DNA of 32,974 bases. Origin: Candidatus Nanohaloarchaea archaeon (GTDB lineage: Archaea; Nanohalarchaeota; Nanosalinia; Nanosalinales; Nanosalinaceae). The first letter of the stretch is position 1; the number at the start of each line of letters is the position of its first letter. The DNA lies in contig JBKHHG010000004.1 in NCBI GenBank assembly GCA_046539225.1, forward strand, positions 1-32,974, read 5' to 3'. Made by a program: the position numbers and the translations under genes. The notes beneath the pieces are model-generated. The model saw only the letters and a program-made list of their open reading frames with translations, was not told where the DNA came from and did not search any database. Shown piece after piece: positions 1 through 7,605 of this stretch.

Positions 1-92
1 ACCGGTATAAACACGGCTTTAACGGCCTCAGACTGATTTAAAGGATTTAAATTCCTGTAAAAATTTTAAGTATCGATAGCGAGTCCCTATAC

Positions 93-350
93 GTGAGTTA
101 TGAGGTCAGGATCAGAGAATCCGCTGAAGATGAGATAAAGAAGCTTGACAAGTCTAAACAACAGGAGGTCATAGGCTAGTTAGATAAACTTGAGGACTTC
201 CCCAAGAAGTACGGTAAGCCTTTGAGAGGCCAGTTAAGCGGGGTCTGGCAGTTGAGATCAGGTAAGTACAGAATCTGGTATACTGTAGATGAAGATACTG
301 TTGAGGTGCGTGCAGTTAAACATAAAGAAGATGCTGAAAGCCTTTACTGA
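93..350 (+). pseudogene. RelE/StbE-family type II toxin interrupted by one in-frame TAG (177-179)
   Basis: Manual translation from GTG93: MSYEVRIRESAEDEIKKLDKSKQQEVIG*LDKLEDFPKKYGKPLRGQLSGVWQLRSGKYRIWYTVDEDTVEVRAVKHKEDAESLY*. The GKPLRG..SG.W.LR.GKYRI.Y pattern is typical of RelE. Absent from the ORF track. Confidence 0.85.
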
Positions 351-514
351 ATTTCTTCCTTCAGCTTTTTTAGAGACTTTGAAGACTCTTCCTGACTATC
401 CTTCAGCTGGCGCATAACATTCTCGTCCTCCAAGGTCTCAATAGTCGCCTTCATCGATTCGAACTCCTCTTTAGGAATCCGTACGTATCCATCATCAAAC
501 TCGACATCCGCCAT
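344..514 (-). CDS. Small acidic antitoxin-like protein (RelB/YefM C-terminal type), 56 aa
   Basis: Manual translation: MADVEFDDGYVRIPKEEFESMKATIETLEDENVMRQLKDSQEESSKSLKKLKEEIQ*. The I..EEFESM..T.E.L.D pattern resembles YefM/RelB. Overlaps the toxin 3' end by 7 nt. Confidence 0.7.
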   Translation of the reverse strand: MADVEFDDGYVRIPKEEFESMKATIETLEDENVMRQLKDSQEESSKSLKKLKEEIQ

Positions 515-602
515 AATTTACTTTTGAGGCCTGAGAGTTAAATCAATTTTCCAAACAAGGCCTCCAATTACAAAAATTCGCTAAACCTCATCTAAATAGA
601 AG

Positions 603-627
603 TATGCCGGGGCGGAGATTTGAACTC
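603..627. repeat. 25-bp direct copy of the tRNA-Leu 3' end
   Basis: TATGCCGGGGCGGAGATTTGAACTC at 603-627 is identical to 682-706. Confidence 0.95.
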
Positions 628-683
628 GAAGCTCGCAGATATGGAGCTTCTACCATCAAATACCGCCATATTGAAGTATTATA

Positions 684-888
684 TGCCGGGGCGGAGATTT
701 GAACTCCGGAACCCCTGCGGGACAGGATATCAAATCCTTATCCTGAAAGCCGCCTTGCGTGGCTTATGATGCCGCAGATTTCTGTATTGAAATCTGCTTT
801 GAGCACGCTTCACTTAGAAACGTGCGGCTCGAACTTTCAGAAGTTCGGTTCTTAAGTCCTGCGCCTTTGGCCACTTGGCTACCCCGGC
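684..888 (-). tRNA. tRNA-Leu(TAA) with a ~122-nt intron (729-850) in the anticodon loop
   Basis: 5' exon GCCGGGGTAGCCAAGTGGCCAAAGGCGCAGGACTTAAG; 3' exon ATCCTGTCCCGCAGGGGTTCCGGAGTTCAAATCTCCGCCCCGGCA. Anticodon stem CAGGA/TCCTG, long variable arm, T-loop GTTCAAATC. Confidence 0.9.
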
Positions 889-923
889 ATTTTTTGGGAC
901 TTTGGCCGGGTTGGCAAGATTTA

Positions 924-941
924 ACTTGGCTACCCCGGCAT
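924..941. repeat. 18-bp direct copy of the tRNA-Leu 5' end, with an imperfect inverted copy at 905-918
   Basis: ACTTGGCTACCCCGGCAT at 924-941 is identical to 873-890. GCCGGGTTGGCAAG at 905-918 is a near reverse complement. Confidence 0.9.
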
Positions 942-995
942 AAATTGGTGATTACCTGTTATGGATGTTAGAACTGTTGAGTTATTTAAGGCCTG

Positions 996-1298
996 TCATT
1001 CGATTAGCGCCGAGGCCTTGATATAGGTTGACCGGAGCTCCTCCTCTATCTTTTCTACCGTTCTCTGGTCTTCCCTGAATACTTCCGGGCTTTCGCCTTG
1101 CTGCATCATTTCAGATCTGGCCATGTACTCGTGTTCGTAGGCCTCGTCCAGTACTTCGTCCATCTTCTGCTCTATCCAGTCAGAAGAGGCCTGGAGGTCG
1201 ACGTGGTCGCCTCTCGGAGAGTAGTCGATATCCGGATGGTTGTAGGCCAGGTTCTCCAGCTTGAATACTGTTTTGGAATAGTTCTCTACTGTTTGCAT
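996..1298 (-). CDS. Hypothetical acidic protein
   Basis: 100-aa D/E-rich ORF starting 3 nt after the stop of 1302-1856. No family recognised. Confidence 0.7.
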   Translation of the reverse strand: MQTVENYSKTVFKLENLAYNHPDIDYSPRGDHVDLQASSDWIEQKMDEVLDEAYEHEYMARSEMMQQGESPEVFREDQRTVEKIEEELRSTYIKASALIE

Positions 1299-1301
1299 AG
1301 A

Positions 1302-1832
1302 TTAAGGATTTTTCTGGTTGGAAAGGGCTTCATCTACTTCATTGATGTATTTGGCGATTCTTTTGGTTTCCTGTCGAAGCTGTGGAAAGTTTTCCGGGTT
1401 GTATTCTACTGACACACTGGAACTTACATTGGCCCATACATCCGGCATATCTTCTGGCTCTTCGATAGGGTAATCCGCCTCTTCAAGCAGGTGGTCCTTG
1501 TTTATATAGAAAATCTGGACGCCTGTCTCATCAGCCGTTACATCAAGTATCTGGCCGCTCAAAACGGTTTCCTGATCAGCGATCTGGCCAGGGTTAGCTG
1601 GGTCTTCAGCTGCCTGTTCAGGACTGAATCCTATCTCGTACTCCAGAAGATCATTTACATATGAAGCAACCTCATCGTAACTTTCAGGCGAGGGTTCCTC
1701 GTCATCGATCTGCTCCTCTGGTATAGGTACTCTATCTGGAATTGCTTTTCTGGGATCAAAGACCCCCACATCTTCTTCCGGTGTTACAAGCTCATTATCT
1801 TCCTTCGTATATTCATCATCTCCTGGATTCAT
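1302..1832 (-). CDS. Hypothetical acidic protein (start probably ATG1832 rather than 1856)
   Basis: Long, very acidic ORF with an AT-rich TATA-like stretch near 1850-1868. No family recognised. Confidence 0.7.
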   Translation of the reverse strand: MNPGDDEYTKEDNELVTPEEDVGVFDPRKAIPDRVPIPEEQIDDEEPSPESYDEVASYVNDLLEYEIGFSPEQAAEDPANPGQIADQETVLSGQILDVTADETGVQIFYINKDHLLEEADYPIEEPEDMPDVWANVSSSVSVEYNPENFPQLRQETKRIAKYINEVDEALSNQKNP

Positions 1833-1903
1833 AACGTTACTAACTAAGTATAACAAAAATTATATAAGAACCGGTAGAATCTGAATAAGACTTATATGGA
1901 AAA

Positions 1904-2266
1904 TTAAGGCCCTGGATTGTAGCTTGAGGCCCTGAAGCCGGTGAGATGTGATTCTTCGAGCGCTTCTTCTACACTTGATGTTTCAAAGGCCTTTACGATG
2001 TTTAAAACGTTTCTGGCGGCTTTTTCATCGTTTTCAGGGTGTTCTGCTTCCAGCCTTATTTCATCGCCGTTGACTTCGAGTCTATCGTCAGCAGGCGGTG
2101 AGATTTCATACTCTTTGAAGTATCTGGCCAGGGCTTGGACGTACTCTACTGAGGCCTTTCCCTTGCTGTAGCCCCATTCAAGCCTTCCGTCCATCTCGGA
2201 GAGTTGGAGGCCTTTCTCTTCTATCAAACGGTTGTAGGTATCTGGCTTAGAAGCTTGTCCGAACAT
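1904..2266 (-). CDS. Hypothetical protein coupled to rpoD
   Basis: 120-aa acidic ORF whose start overlaps the rpoD stop (TAATG). Confidence 0.75.
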   Translation of the reverse strand: MFGQASKPDTYNRLIEEKGLQLSEMDGRLEWGYSKGKASVEYVQALARYFKEYEISPPADDRLEVNGDEIRLEAEHPENDEKAARNVLNIVKAFETSSVEEALEESHLTGFRASSYNPGP

Positions 2267-2832
2267 TATCCCTGAATCTTCTGTTCGAATTCGACGAGGT
2301 CTGTTTTGATGCTGTCGACTGAGGCCTCGAGGAGTTCCCTGTTTGTGTAGCCCGAGGTGGATTCGATTCGGAAGATGAAGTCGTCTCCGTCTTTTTCGTA
2401 TCCGATTGTTCCGCCCTGGTGTTTGGCGTGTTCGCGGCCTGTTCCAAGCACTGCTGTTGCTTCGAGTTCAAGGTCCTGTCCTTCTTTCAGTGTCACAATA
2501 TCTATGCCTTCGTTGACCGGTTCTGCTTCCTCGTTGTCGGTCTGTATGTCGCCGGATTTTACTGTTGCAGGGCCTTCCTTCTTGATTGCGATGTGAAGTG
2601 TATCGTCCTCGTCAAACTTTTGTGGGACTGTAAACGGCACCTGTCCCAGCCTGTTGGCCAGGTCTTCGTCGAAGAGGCCTGACTCGTTTTTCACTACATC
2701 GATCTCTTTTATCGCAAGCGTCGGGACTCGGGCCATCATTGCTCTTCTGAGTGCGTTTGCGACAGCCGGGTAAGAATCCTTTAACCGGGCTTCCAGAACT
2801 CCATTCTCTTCTTCGCCTATCTCAAGGTTCAT
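2266..2832 (-). CDS. rpoD: RNA polymerase subunit D (Rpo3)
   Basis: ANALRRAMMARVPTLAI, N.SGLFDE.LA.RLG.VP, G.GREHAK and FIFRIES motifs; canonical position after rps11. Confidence 0.97.
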   Translation of the reverse strand: MNLEIGEEENGVLEARLKDSYPAVANALRRAMMARVPTLAIKEIDVVKNESGLFDEDLANRLGQVPFTVPQKFDEDDTLHIAIKKEGPATVKSGDIQTDNEEAEPVNEGIDIVTLKEGQDLELEATAVLGTGREHAKHQGGTIGYEKDGDDFIFRIESTSGYTNRELLEASVDSIKTDLVEFEQKIQG

Positions 2833-3212
2833 ACTCTTCTACCTCTCTTCCCGCCTTTCTCCCTGCAACTGTCGTGAGGTACAGGCGTCACGTCTTCAAT
2901 GTTTCCGACTTCCATGTCTTCGTTCCGGGAAATGGCTCGGATCGCTGGCTGCGCACCTTTTCCTGGGATCTTGTTGCCCTGTCCACCGGGAGCTCTTACA
3001 CGTATATCTACTTTTTCCAGGCCTTTCTCTACGGCTTCTTCAATCGCTTGGTCGGCGGCTTTCATCGCAGGGAATGCGCCCCCCTGTAATCGGCCTTTGT
3101 CCGTCGCCATTCCGGATGTAATCCTTGAAATGGTTTCGGCCCCTGTAGCGTCTGTGACGTGGACAATCGTGTTGTTAAAGCTCGAGTAAATATGTACCAG
3201 TCCTTTCTTCAT
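2829..3212 (-). CDS. rps11: 30S ribosomal protein uS11
   Basis: HIYSSFNNTIVHVTD, PGKGAQPAIRA, IEDVTPVPHD and GGKRGRRV motifs. Confidence 0.98.
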   Translation of the reverse strand: MKKGLVHIYSSFNNTIVHVTDATGAETISRITSGMATDKGRLQGGAFPAMKAADQAIEEAVEKGLEKVDIRVRAPGGQGNKIPGKGAQPAIRAISRNEDMEVGNIEDVTPVPHDSCREKGGKRGRRV

Positions 3213-3763
3213 TATTCTTCCACCTCCTCGTTTTCTTCAGTATTTCCGCTTTCTTCCGTTTCCTCAGATTCTTCATCTTCTTCTGAGGCCTCTGTTTCAT
3301 CGGGTTCTGAAGGTTCTTCGACTTCTATAGTCTTTTCCTCTTCAGTTGTCAGCATGTATCCTGGAATGTTGACTTTCTCGCCGTTGACCTTCACCCGTCC
3401 ATGGGTTACAAGCTGCCTGGCGTGTTTCGGAGAGTCCGCGTGGCCTCTCCTGTCGACTGCGGTCTGCAGTCTACGGTTCAAAATATCTTCTACCTGAAGC
3501 GTAAGCAGGTCTGTAAGCTCCGCGTCCGACTTTACAAGGCCTAAACGGTTCGCCTTGTTGAGAACGTCTTCTGCTTCGCTGCTTTCCTCTCCTACAAGTT
3601 TTCTGGCCTCTCTCCTGAAGTTCCTGAGCTTAGAGTAGGCCTTGTAGATCTCTTCCTTGTTCTTGAGGCCGTAGTTATCTCTCAGCTCGTCTTCTCTCTG
3701 GATTCTCTCCTCGTTCCATGCCCGGTTAGGGGTTTCGTACTGTTTCTTCAGGTTCTTGACCAC
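3212..3763 (-). CDS. rps4: 30S ribosomal protein uS4 with acidic C-terminal tail
   Basis: K.YETP...W, YGLKNKEE, RRLQT and ARQLVTHG motifs; Shine-Dalgarno GGAGGTG at 3771-3777. Confidence 0.97.
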   Translation of the reverse strand: MVKNLKKQYETPNRAWNEERIQREDELRDNYGLKNKEEIYKAYSKLRNFRREARKLVGEESSEAEDVLNKANRLGLVKSDAELTDLLTLQVEDILNRRLQTAVDRRGHADSPKHARQLVTHGRVKVNGEKVNIPGYMLTTEEEKTIEVEEPSEPDETEASEEDEESEETEESGNTEENEEVEE

Positions 3764-3820
3764 TCGAAAACACCTCCTGTATTTTCTGCGAGTCCAGAAA
3801 TTCTTTGAATTTCGTCCATT

Positions 3821-3883
3821 CTATCTAATCCTGTTTTTGAGTTCTCTGTACCTTCTCTTTGCTTTTTCCTTAAGTTCTTTCAT
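3821..3883 (-). CDS. Putative 20-aa basic micro-protein MKELKEKAKRRYRELKNRIR
   Basis: ATG overlaps the rps13 stop (ATGA), with GGAGG just upstream; TAG at 3821-3823. Function unknown. Confidence 0.45.
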   Translation of the reverse strand: MKELKEKAKRRYRELKNRIR

Positions 3884-4350
3884 TCTTCATCTCCTCCTTC
3901 TGCCGCGGCTTCTTCCTTGATTGACGCAGTGTCAACCCCGATCTTGCTGCCGGTTCTGAACGAGGACTTGGTCTTCTGCCCTCTTACCGGAAGACCGATC
4001 TCATGTCTCCAGCCTTTGTAGGAGTCAATCTCCTTCAACCGGCGGATATCGAACTCTTCCTTAAGCTCGAGATCGGATTCGATTAAATGTTCGTCTTCGC
4101 CAGTCTCTCTGTCGTTCCTCCTGTTAAGCAGGTAGGACGGAAGATCCGGATTCTTCAACTCTTCCTCTATCTCATCTATTTCCTCGTCTGAAAGATCTCC
4201 GATCTTTGTGTCGGAGTAACCGAGTTCATGTGCGATGGCGTTGCCGTAGGTGTCGCTCACACCTTTCAGGCCTGTAATCGCTTCCTGTACTGGCTTTGTA
4301 CCATCGATACCGGTTCTGGCTATCCGTACTACTTCTTTTGTATCTGGCAT
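3880..4350 (-). CDS. rps13: 30S ribosomal protein uS13
   Basis: VRIA.T.IDG, LNRR.D.ETGED.HL and SYKGWRH..GLPVRGQKTK motifs. Confidence 0.98.
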   Translation of the reverse strand: MPDTKEVVRIARTGIDGTKPVQEAITGLKGVSDTYGNAIAHELGYSDTKIGDLSDEEIDEIEEELKNPDLPSYLLNRRNDRETGEDEHLIESDLELKEEFDIRRLKEIDSYKGWRHEIGLPVRGQKTKSSFRTGSKIGVDTASIKEEAAAEGGDEE

Positions 4351-4380
4351 GATTACGTAAAATACTGATTCCGGTTAAAT

Positions 4381-4388
4381 CTTATAAA
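4381..4388 (-). promoter_or_regulatory. Probable TATA box of the rps13 operon
   Basis: TTTATAAG on the minus strand, 31-38 nt upstream of the rps13 ATG. Confidence 0.5.
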
Positions 4389-4477
4389 GGTACCAAAGAA
4401 AGGCCTGCCTCTACGAAAAAATAGTTGGGAGGCCTCAAAGAGTCACTTTTCATCGATCCTGGCTTTTTGAGGATCGG

Positions 4478-4503
4478 CTATTTCTCGTCAACTTTCTTTA
4501 TGA
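4478..4503. repeat. 26-bp direct copy of the parvulin gene 3' end including the stop codon
   Basis: CTATTTCTCGTCAACTTTCTTTATGA (4478-4503) versus CTACTTTTCGTCAACTTTCTTTATGA (4542-4567): 2 mismatches, and both encode IKKVDEK*. Confidence 0.9.
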
Positions 4504-4541
4504 TTGAAAATCAGAGATTTTCGGCTTCATCAGAAGATTGA

Positions 4542-4823
4542 CTACTTTTCGTCAACTTTCTTTATGAGATGCCATCCGAACTCTGTTTTCACTGGGTCAG
4601 AAACCTCTCCCGTATCTATTTCAAAGGCCTTTTTCTCGAAAGGTTTGACCATGTCGCCTCTTCCGAACCATCCGAGGTCGCCGCCTTTGTCGCCTGAAGG
4701 GCCTTCAGATTTCTTCTTCGCCATTTCTTCGAAGGATGCTCCTTCTTCGATCTCCTGTTTGATCTGGCGGGCGTGTTCCCTGTTATCCACGAGAATATGT
4801 TTGGCATGCACTTTTCCTGTCAT
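4542..4823 (-). CDS. ppiC: Parvulin-type peptidyl-prolyl isomerase
   Basis: HAKHILV, FEEMAKK.S..PS..KGGDLGWF.RG.MVKPFE..AF and PVKTEFGWHLIK motifs. Confidence 0.95.
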   Translation of the reverse strand: MTGKVHAKHILVDNREHARQIKQEIEEGASFEEMAKKKSEGPSGDKGGDLGWFGRGDMVKPFEKKAFEIDTGEVSDPVKTEFGWHLIKKVDEK

Positions 4824-4857
4824 AAAGGGTTTTTAGGCCTCCATCTTTTTGATTCTT

Positions 4858-5649
4858 TCAGTCGTAGATCGTGCGATGTGTAATGCCGGGGCCGGCAACG
4901 ATCTTTGGACCTTCTTCTATCTTTTCGCATCTCGAGTCTGTCTCTGCTCTCTCTACAGGAACGTCTCCCTCTATTTCAGTGTCTCTTAACCTGATCTCTA
5001 TCCGCTGGGCCTCGCTGAATCTTCCAAACTTCATGGTGTCGAAATCTGTTGAGAACCCGGAGGAGTCGACGGGGTGCCCCGTGGCGTTGTAGAGGCAGGA
5101 CTGAATCCTCAGGCCTTCTGACTCCTCGGGTAGGAATCCTTTCTTTTCCACAGTTGCTTCGCCTATATCCACGGTTTCGTTCATCTCAACACTGTCGACA
5201 AAACTGGAACTGTACTCTGCTTCTTCCGAAACAATATCATAAGCCGCGAGGCCTCCAACCATTACGGTCAATGCTATTAGACTGTAGAGGAACTGTTTTT
5301 TCTCGAGTTGGAACTCTTTCTGTGTCACGAGGTATCCGAGGCCTGCGAAGACCGCTGAGGAGAATGTCAGCGATACCATGATCTGGTCGGAGCTGAAGCC
5401 GAACTTTCCTGTCATGTACATAAGGCCTATGATGTAGGCTCCAGCGGAGAATATGTAGGAGAGTACTGCGGTGTTGCCGTCCCTCCTGATTCCAAAGCCG
5501 AGGAAGCCGAGGAACAGTGCGAAAAGTATTGATGTTATTGTAAAGGGTGAGAGCGCTGTGAGGTACTCGAATCCGAAGTAGAAGATTGCGAGCACTCCGA
5601 GAAATGCTGAGGCTCCGTAGAATATCTTTGTCTGGTCGATGAAGGTCAT
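4858..5649 (-). CDS. Hypothetical membrane protein with ~5 TM segments and an acidic C-terminal domain
   Basis: Hydrophobic N-terminal half and acidic C-terminal half. Confidence 0.8.
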   Translation of the reverse strand: MTFIDQTKIFYGASAFLGVLAIFYFGFEYLTALSPFTITSILFALFLGFLGFGIRRDGNTAVLSYIFSAGAYIIGLMYMTGKFGFSSDQIMVSLTFSSAVFAGLGYLVTQKEFQLEKKQFLYSLIALTVMVGGLAAYDIVSEEAEYSSSFVDSVEMNETVDIGEATVEKKGFLPEESEGLRIQSCLYNATGHPVDSSGFSTDFDTMKFGRFSEAQRIEIRLRDTEIEGDVPVERAETDSRCEKIEEGPKIVAGPGITHRTIYD

Positions 5650-5689
5650 AAATCTTTTTTATCTGAGAAGGGTTTAAAATCTGAGGGTT

Positions 5690-5762
5690 TAGCCCCTCCC
5701 GGATTCGAACCAGGGTCTCCGGCTCCAAAGGCCGACGGACTTGGCCACTATCCTAAGGGGCT
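5690..5762 (-). tRNA. tRNA-Gln(TTG), intronless
   Basis: AGCCCCTTAGGATAGTGGCCAAGTCCGTCGGCCTTTGGAGCCGGAGACCCTGGTTCGAATCCGGGAGGGGCTA folds as a cloverleaf with anticodon TTG. Confidence 0.93.
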
Positions 5763-5804
5763 TCAAGTCAACATTCACAGCAATTCTTAATAACGGTTAG
5801 AGAT

Positions 5805-6707
5805 TCAAAAGGCCTGGAACAGTATGTACGCCAGGAACACCGCAAGTAAAATTAAGGCCTCGATCCTTGAAAACTCTCCTTTCCATGAGAAGATCATTGT
5901 CAGGCCTCCGACCAGCACCAGTCCGAGAAGAACCGGCATCAAGGAGATTATTGATGGTGTGGAGATCAGTCCGAGGAGGCCGAGGCTTAAAGTGATGTTG
6001 ACCAGGGTTGAACCGAATATGTCGCCGAGCGCCAGCGAGTAGTCTCCTTTTCTGATTGCGGTGACTTCGAACGCGAGTTCGGGGAGGCCTGTACCGACCG
6101 CTACAACTGTTGCGCCCAGGATCTCTATCGGGATTCCAATGGCTTCTCCCAGTCCTTTTGCCCCGGCCACCATTATCCTTGCCGAGAGCAGAAGCGCTGC
6201 CACACCTATCAAAGTCAGTAAAATCTCTTTGGAGGAGGCCTCTCCTTCTTCATCTATCTGGAACGCGGAGTGCTCGACCCGGTAGAGAAAAGCTGCGTAG
6301 ACTGTCAAAAGCATTACGACTACGCCGAGCGAGAGACTCTGGAAAACTATCAGGACCAGGGCTGCGAACATTGTGGCGATAACCGCATCCCTTACCAGGT
6401 CAAGGTCTTCTCCGTGAAGTTCCAGGCCTTTAGCGGCCAGGATACTGATGCCAAGCACGAAAGTCAGGTTTACGAGCGAGGATCCGATTATGTCTCCCGC
6501 AGAAAGCTCTGGAACGCCTTCAAAAGTCGATATCAGGGCTGTTGCGAGTTCGGGAAGCCCTGTGGATATGGATATGAAGACTGCTCCGAACATGAAGCCC
6601 GGGATCCCATAGGCCTTGATCAGTTTCTCCGCATTCTCGACAGTTTTATCCGCAGAGATCCAGAGGCCTACAAGTCCTGCTATCAGAAATGCTGCGTATT
6701 CAATCAT
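5805..6707 (-). CDS. Ca2+/Na+ antiporter (CaCA/YrbG family); start probably 6707 (MIEYAA)
   Basis: Two alpha repeats (STGLPEL...GDIIGSSLVN and GTGLPEL...GDIFGSTLVN) and about 10 TM segments. Confidence 0.92.
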   Translation of the reverse strand: MIEYAAFLIAGLVGLWISADKTVENAEKLIKAYGIPGFMFGAVFISISTGLPELATALISTFEGVPELSAGDIIGSSLVNLTFVLGISILAAKGLELHGEDLDLVRDAVIATMFAALVLIVFQSLSLGVVVMLLTVYAAFLYRVEHSAFQIDEEGEASSKEILLTLIGVAALLLSARIMVAGAKGLGEAIGIPIEILGATVVAVGTGLPELAFEVTAIRKGDYSLALGDIFGSTLVNITLSLGLLGLISTPSIISLMPVLLGLVLVGGLTMIFSWKGEFSRIEALILLAVFLAYILFQAF

Positions 6708-6862
6708 ATATCTCTGGAAATATTTCAGGCCTGACCGCATTTAATCTCTCCGGTAGGTGCCGTCCCCTTGATCCTCTCTGCCTGTCAAAGTGACCCGGTT
6801 CTCCTACCCCCCTTGAGATTCTCGTTGTCGTAGAAGCCGGATTCTCTGATCCGCGATGAATA

Positions 6863-7018
6863 TCAGTTTTTGTATACTTCGAGAAGCGTTCTTGTTACAG
6901 CGAGTATTACCGGCCCCAGGAATATTCCTACGGACCCGAATACAGTTATTCCTCCTACGGGGCCTGTTATGACGAGATATGGGTGTACTGGCGTTGATCT
7001 TGCTGGTAACGGGTTATC
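6863..7018 (-). pseudogene. C-terminal remnant of an AI-2E (PerM) family transporter
   Basis: DNPLPARSTPVHPYLVITGPVGGITVFGSVGIFLGPVILAVTRTLLEVYKN* matches the AI-2E signature HP....G..GG...FG..G.FLGP.I.A. No start codon or N-terminal part is present. Confidence 0.7.
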
Positions 7019-7081
7019 GGAAGAAGTGTCGGCTCTACGCCATGCTGGGAATGGACACCAGCGAATAACTCTTATCTCTAT

Positions 7082-7456
7082 TTATTTGACTAGGGCTTCT
7101 TCTCTGTCACCTTCTCTCAGGTTTTCCTGCCCCCATGAAACCATTTCCTTTACCAGCGGGATCAGTCTTTCACCAAAATCCGTTAGCTCGTAGGTTATCT
7201 TGACAGGTTTCTGGTTCTCCACTTTTCTCTCCACCATGCCCTGTTCCTGCATCCTGTCCAGGTTGTTGCTGAGGGTCTTGTTAGTGATTCCGCCGACCGC
7301 TTCTTTTATCTCGGAGAAACGAAGCTCATCGTTGTCATAAATGTGGTAAGCTATCACTGACACCCATTTATGCCCTAAAATCTTGCTAGTGGATTTTAAT
7401 GCACACCATTCCTCGGTTCTACACCAGACTGGAATCTTGTCCCCGTTTTTAGACAT
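7082..7456 (-). CDS. HxlR-family winged-helix transcriptional regulator
   Basis: C......ILG.KW...I, LRFSEIK..V.GIT.KTLS..L, P.KITYELT.FG..L.P and W motifs. Confidence 0.92.
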   Translation of the reverse strand: MSKNGDKIPVWCRTEEWCALKSTSKILGHKWVSVIAYHIYDNDELRFSEIKEAVGGITNKTLSNNLDRMQEQGMVERKVENQKPVKITYELTDFGERLIPLVKEMVSWGQENLREGDREEALVK

Positions 7457-7605
7457 GTGGTATCGGCCTCGAAACCATGTATCTGTCTCCGGACCCGGCC
7501 CTTTAATATCGTTCGGATATCAAGTTCCGATATGATACAGACATACAGTTCTCTCAACACGGCGTATGCAGAAAATCAAAACACAAGAGCGGGCGGTGGC
7601 GAAAA

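Noticed and set aside
1..41. Possible gene end RYKHGFNGLRLI*, reminiscent of a P4-type primase C-terminus
   Set aside because: Only 12 codons are visible, which is not enough to support a call.
603..706. Provirus or integrative element bounded by tRNA-Leu att sites
   Set aside because: The duplicated ends are only 54 bp apart and there is no integrase in the window. An element extending left of the window cannot be excluded.
759..971. 70-aa ORF containing a repeated TWLPRH
   Set aside because: It is antisense to tRNA-Leu, and the peptide repeat only reflects the 18-bp DNA duplication.
6870..7193. Plus-strand 107-aa ORF, and the many Ser/Phe-rich antisense ORFs throughout the track
   Set aside because: These are shadow frames of acidic (GAA/GAG/GAC-rich) genes or remnants on the opposite strand.
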